Both the position numbers and the translations under genes were made by a program. The notes under the pieces were generated by a model. That model did no database searches. It had not been told where the DNA came from and saw only the letters and a list, made by a program, of their open reading frames with translations. This document shows, piece after piece, positions 63,514 to 64,000 of a stretch of 64,000 nt of DNA. The stretch is from Marsupella aquatica. Taxonomy: Eukaryota > Plantae > Marchantiophyta. Each line of letters begins with the position of its first letter. The first letter of the stretch is position 1. Where the stretch lies: NCBI GenBank assembly GCA_973895155.1, contig OZ316892.1:5168510-5232509 (forward strand), in the 5' to 3' direction.

Positions 63514-64000
63514 ATGGCATCCAAGTTTGGAGGTGTCAAGTTTGAGGTGGAAAAGTATGATGGGCGCACGGATTATTTGCTATGGGATAAGCAGGTTAAA
63601 GGAATTCTTCGTGCTATGGGCCTAGATCATCTGCTATCGACTCGGGAGGAGTCTAGCAGTGAGGAGGAGATCCCGTTGAGGAAATGGAGGCAAGAGCAAG
63701 TGATCGCTGTGAATGCGGTTATGCTATATCTGAAGCCGCATATCATTAAAATGCTGGACGATTACGAGGATTGCGTATCCTTATTCAAGGCCCTTAGAGA
63801 GAAGTACTACCGCGATGATGCCTCAGATCGGTTGTACAAGAAGTCTCTCTTGATGAGCTTGAGGCTAAAAGAAGGAGGCAAGCTTCGAGATCACTTGGAT
63901 GAATTCGACAGCCTAGCTGTAGATTTGTCAAATCTTGGCAAGGGAGTGGAAGATGAAGATAAGGCATTGCTTCTTCTCAGCTCCTTACCCCCATCGTATC
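63514..64000 (+). CDS. gag: Copia Gag(-Pol) polyprotein N-terminus, partial (not in the supplied ORF track because it has no stop in the window)
   Basis: Open frame MASKFGGVKFEVEKYDGRTDYLLW...DRLYKKSLLMSLRLKEGGKLRDHLDEF...VEDEDKALLLLSSLPPSY closely follows tobacco Tnt1 Gag (GVKYEVAKF.G ... EEEDKAILLLNSLPSSY; gag_2/UBN2-type). Confidence 0.95.
   Translation, partial: MASKFGGVKFEVEKYDGRTDYLLWDKQVKGILRAMGLDHLLSTREESSSEEEIPLRKWRQEQVIAVNAVMLYLKPHIIKMLDDYEDCVSLFKALREKYYRDDASDRLYKKSLLMSLRLKEGGKLRDHLDEFDSLAVDLSNLGKGVEDEDKALLLLSSLPPSY

Larger units (their letters stand above)
61447..64000 (+). mobile_element. Ty1/copia LTR retrotransposon, Tnt1/Tork-like, 5' part (runs off the window)
   Basis: 5' LTR, tRNA-iMet PBS and an uninterrupted gag ORF in the expected order and orientation. 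Confidence 0.92.

Noticed and set aside
62530-63569. Several 85-139-aa ORFs in the copia leader
   Set aside because: Overlapping frames on both strands in GC-rich or low-complexity sequence with no recognisable domain.

Overview
Eukaryotic, land-plant nuclear DNA with spliceosomal GT-AG introns, plant TE families and no prokaryotic features. The expansin subtypes suggest a non-seed plant, which is inference only. The only intact host genes I can support are three same-strand alpha-expansins (EXPA) at about 11.8-12.9, 42.2-43.5 and 57.7-59.5 kb. The first two are a divergent one-intron 'SGTNNGACGY' type and the third is a canonical two-intron 'SGTMGGACG' type. The window ends inside a Tnt1/Tork-like Ty1/copia retrotransposon: LTR 61447-61779, tRNA-iMet PBS, an unusually long leader, and gag from 63514. 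The rest is TE debris and repeats: decayed LINEs, a decayed LTR related to the terminal copia, tRNA-derived SINE-like elements, a Tourist MITE, a 930-bp GC-rich TIR element with a perfect 8-bp TSD, several minisatellites, two notable hairpins and some unidentified relic ORFs. I found no evidence of a wholly new multi-gene system. The best leads are the hairpins, the GC-rich TIR element, an unidentified ~2.3-kb relic ORF, and the repeat-remodelled upstream regions of the expansin cluster. All alignments and translations were done by eye.
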